From a virus (taxonomy: Duplodnaviria > Caudoviricetes), in IMG/VR virus record IMGVR_UViG_3300032883_000564, positions 1-62,690 of that record: 62,690 nucleotides of DNA; one strand, given 5' to 3'. Both the position numbers and the translations under genes were made by a program. Below are positions 62,597 through 62,690 of this stretch, in pieces. The notes beneath the pieces were generated by a model. It was not told the origin of the DNA, did no database searches, and saw nothing but the letters and a program-made list of their open reading frames with translations. Numbering within the stretch: position 1 is the first letter of the stretch; the number at the start of each line of letters is the position of its first letter.

Positions 62597-62690
62597 GTGG
62601 TCGACAAGGAGCGCATCGCGGCGGCGGTGCGCGAGATCCTCGAGGCCATCGGCGAGGACCCGGAGCGCGAGGGGCTGCGGCAGACGCCCC
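62597..62690 (+). CDS. folE: GTP cyclohydrolase I, N-terminus only (alternative TTG start at 62546)
   Basis: [30 protein letters not shown]; promoter-like TTGACC-N18-TAGACT at 62418-62447. Confidence 0.88.
   Translation, partial: MVDKERIAAAVREILEAIGEDPEREGLRQTP

Noticed and set aside
62546-62690. folE as part of a phage 7-deazaguanine DNA modification system
   Set aside because: It lies beyond two host-like genes, and no queC/queD/queE/dpdA-like genes are visible

Overview
Positions 1 to about 60,000 are most of a GC-rich siphovirus-type prophage, almost all on the minus strand. From right to left it carries: early, replication and recombination genes (Gp3-like protein, HTH replication initiator, C5 DNA methyltransferase, DnaC-like ATPase, ParB, a split SbcC/SbcD nuclease, RusA); regulators and a ParB-methyltransferase; packaging genes; head genes; tail genes with a -1 frameshift chaperone and tape measure; and a beta-helix tailspike followed by a 23-aa-repeat fibre that runs off the left edge. 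No integrase, clear immunity repressor or endolysin is in the window. The last ~2.4 kb look like host genes (LysM-M23 peptidase, MBL-fold hydrolase, start of folE). A Chloroflexota/Dehalococcoidia-like host is an inference from small Cys-rich protein families, not a measured result. Most notable observations: (1) two antisense Zn-finger cassettes in the packaging region, each with its own promoter palindrome repeated in inverted form inside its ORF, one with a 50-bp duplication that separates promoter from ORF; (2) a C5 methyltransferase locus coding in three frames, with a nested HNH gene that has its own promoter and an AUG-covering hairpin; (3) two small tail proteins ending in one copy of the fibre repeat; (4) a prohead protease apparently split between two genes; (5) twin promoter-terminator leaders; (6) an AdoMetDC-like gene inside the head module. 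All family calls come from motif recognition by eye; no searches were run.
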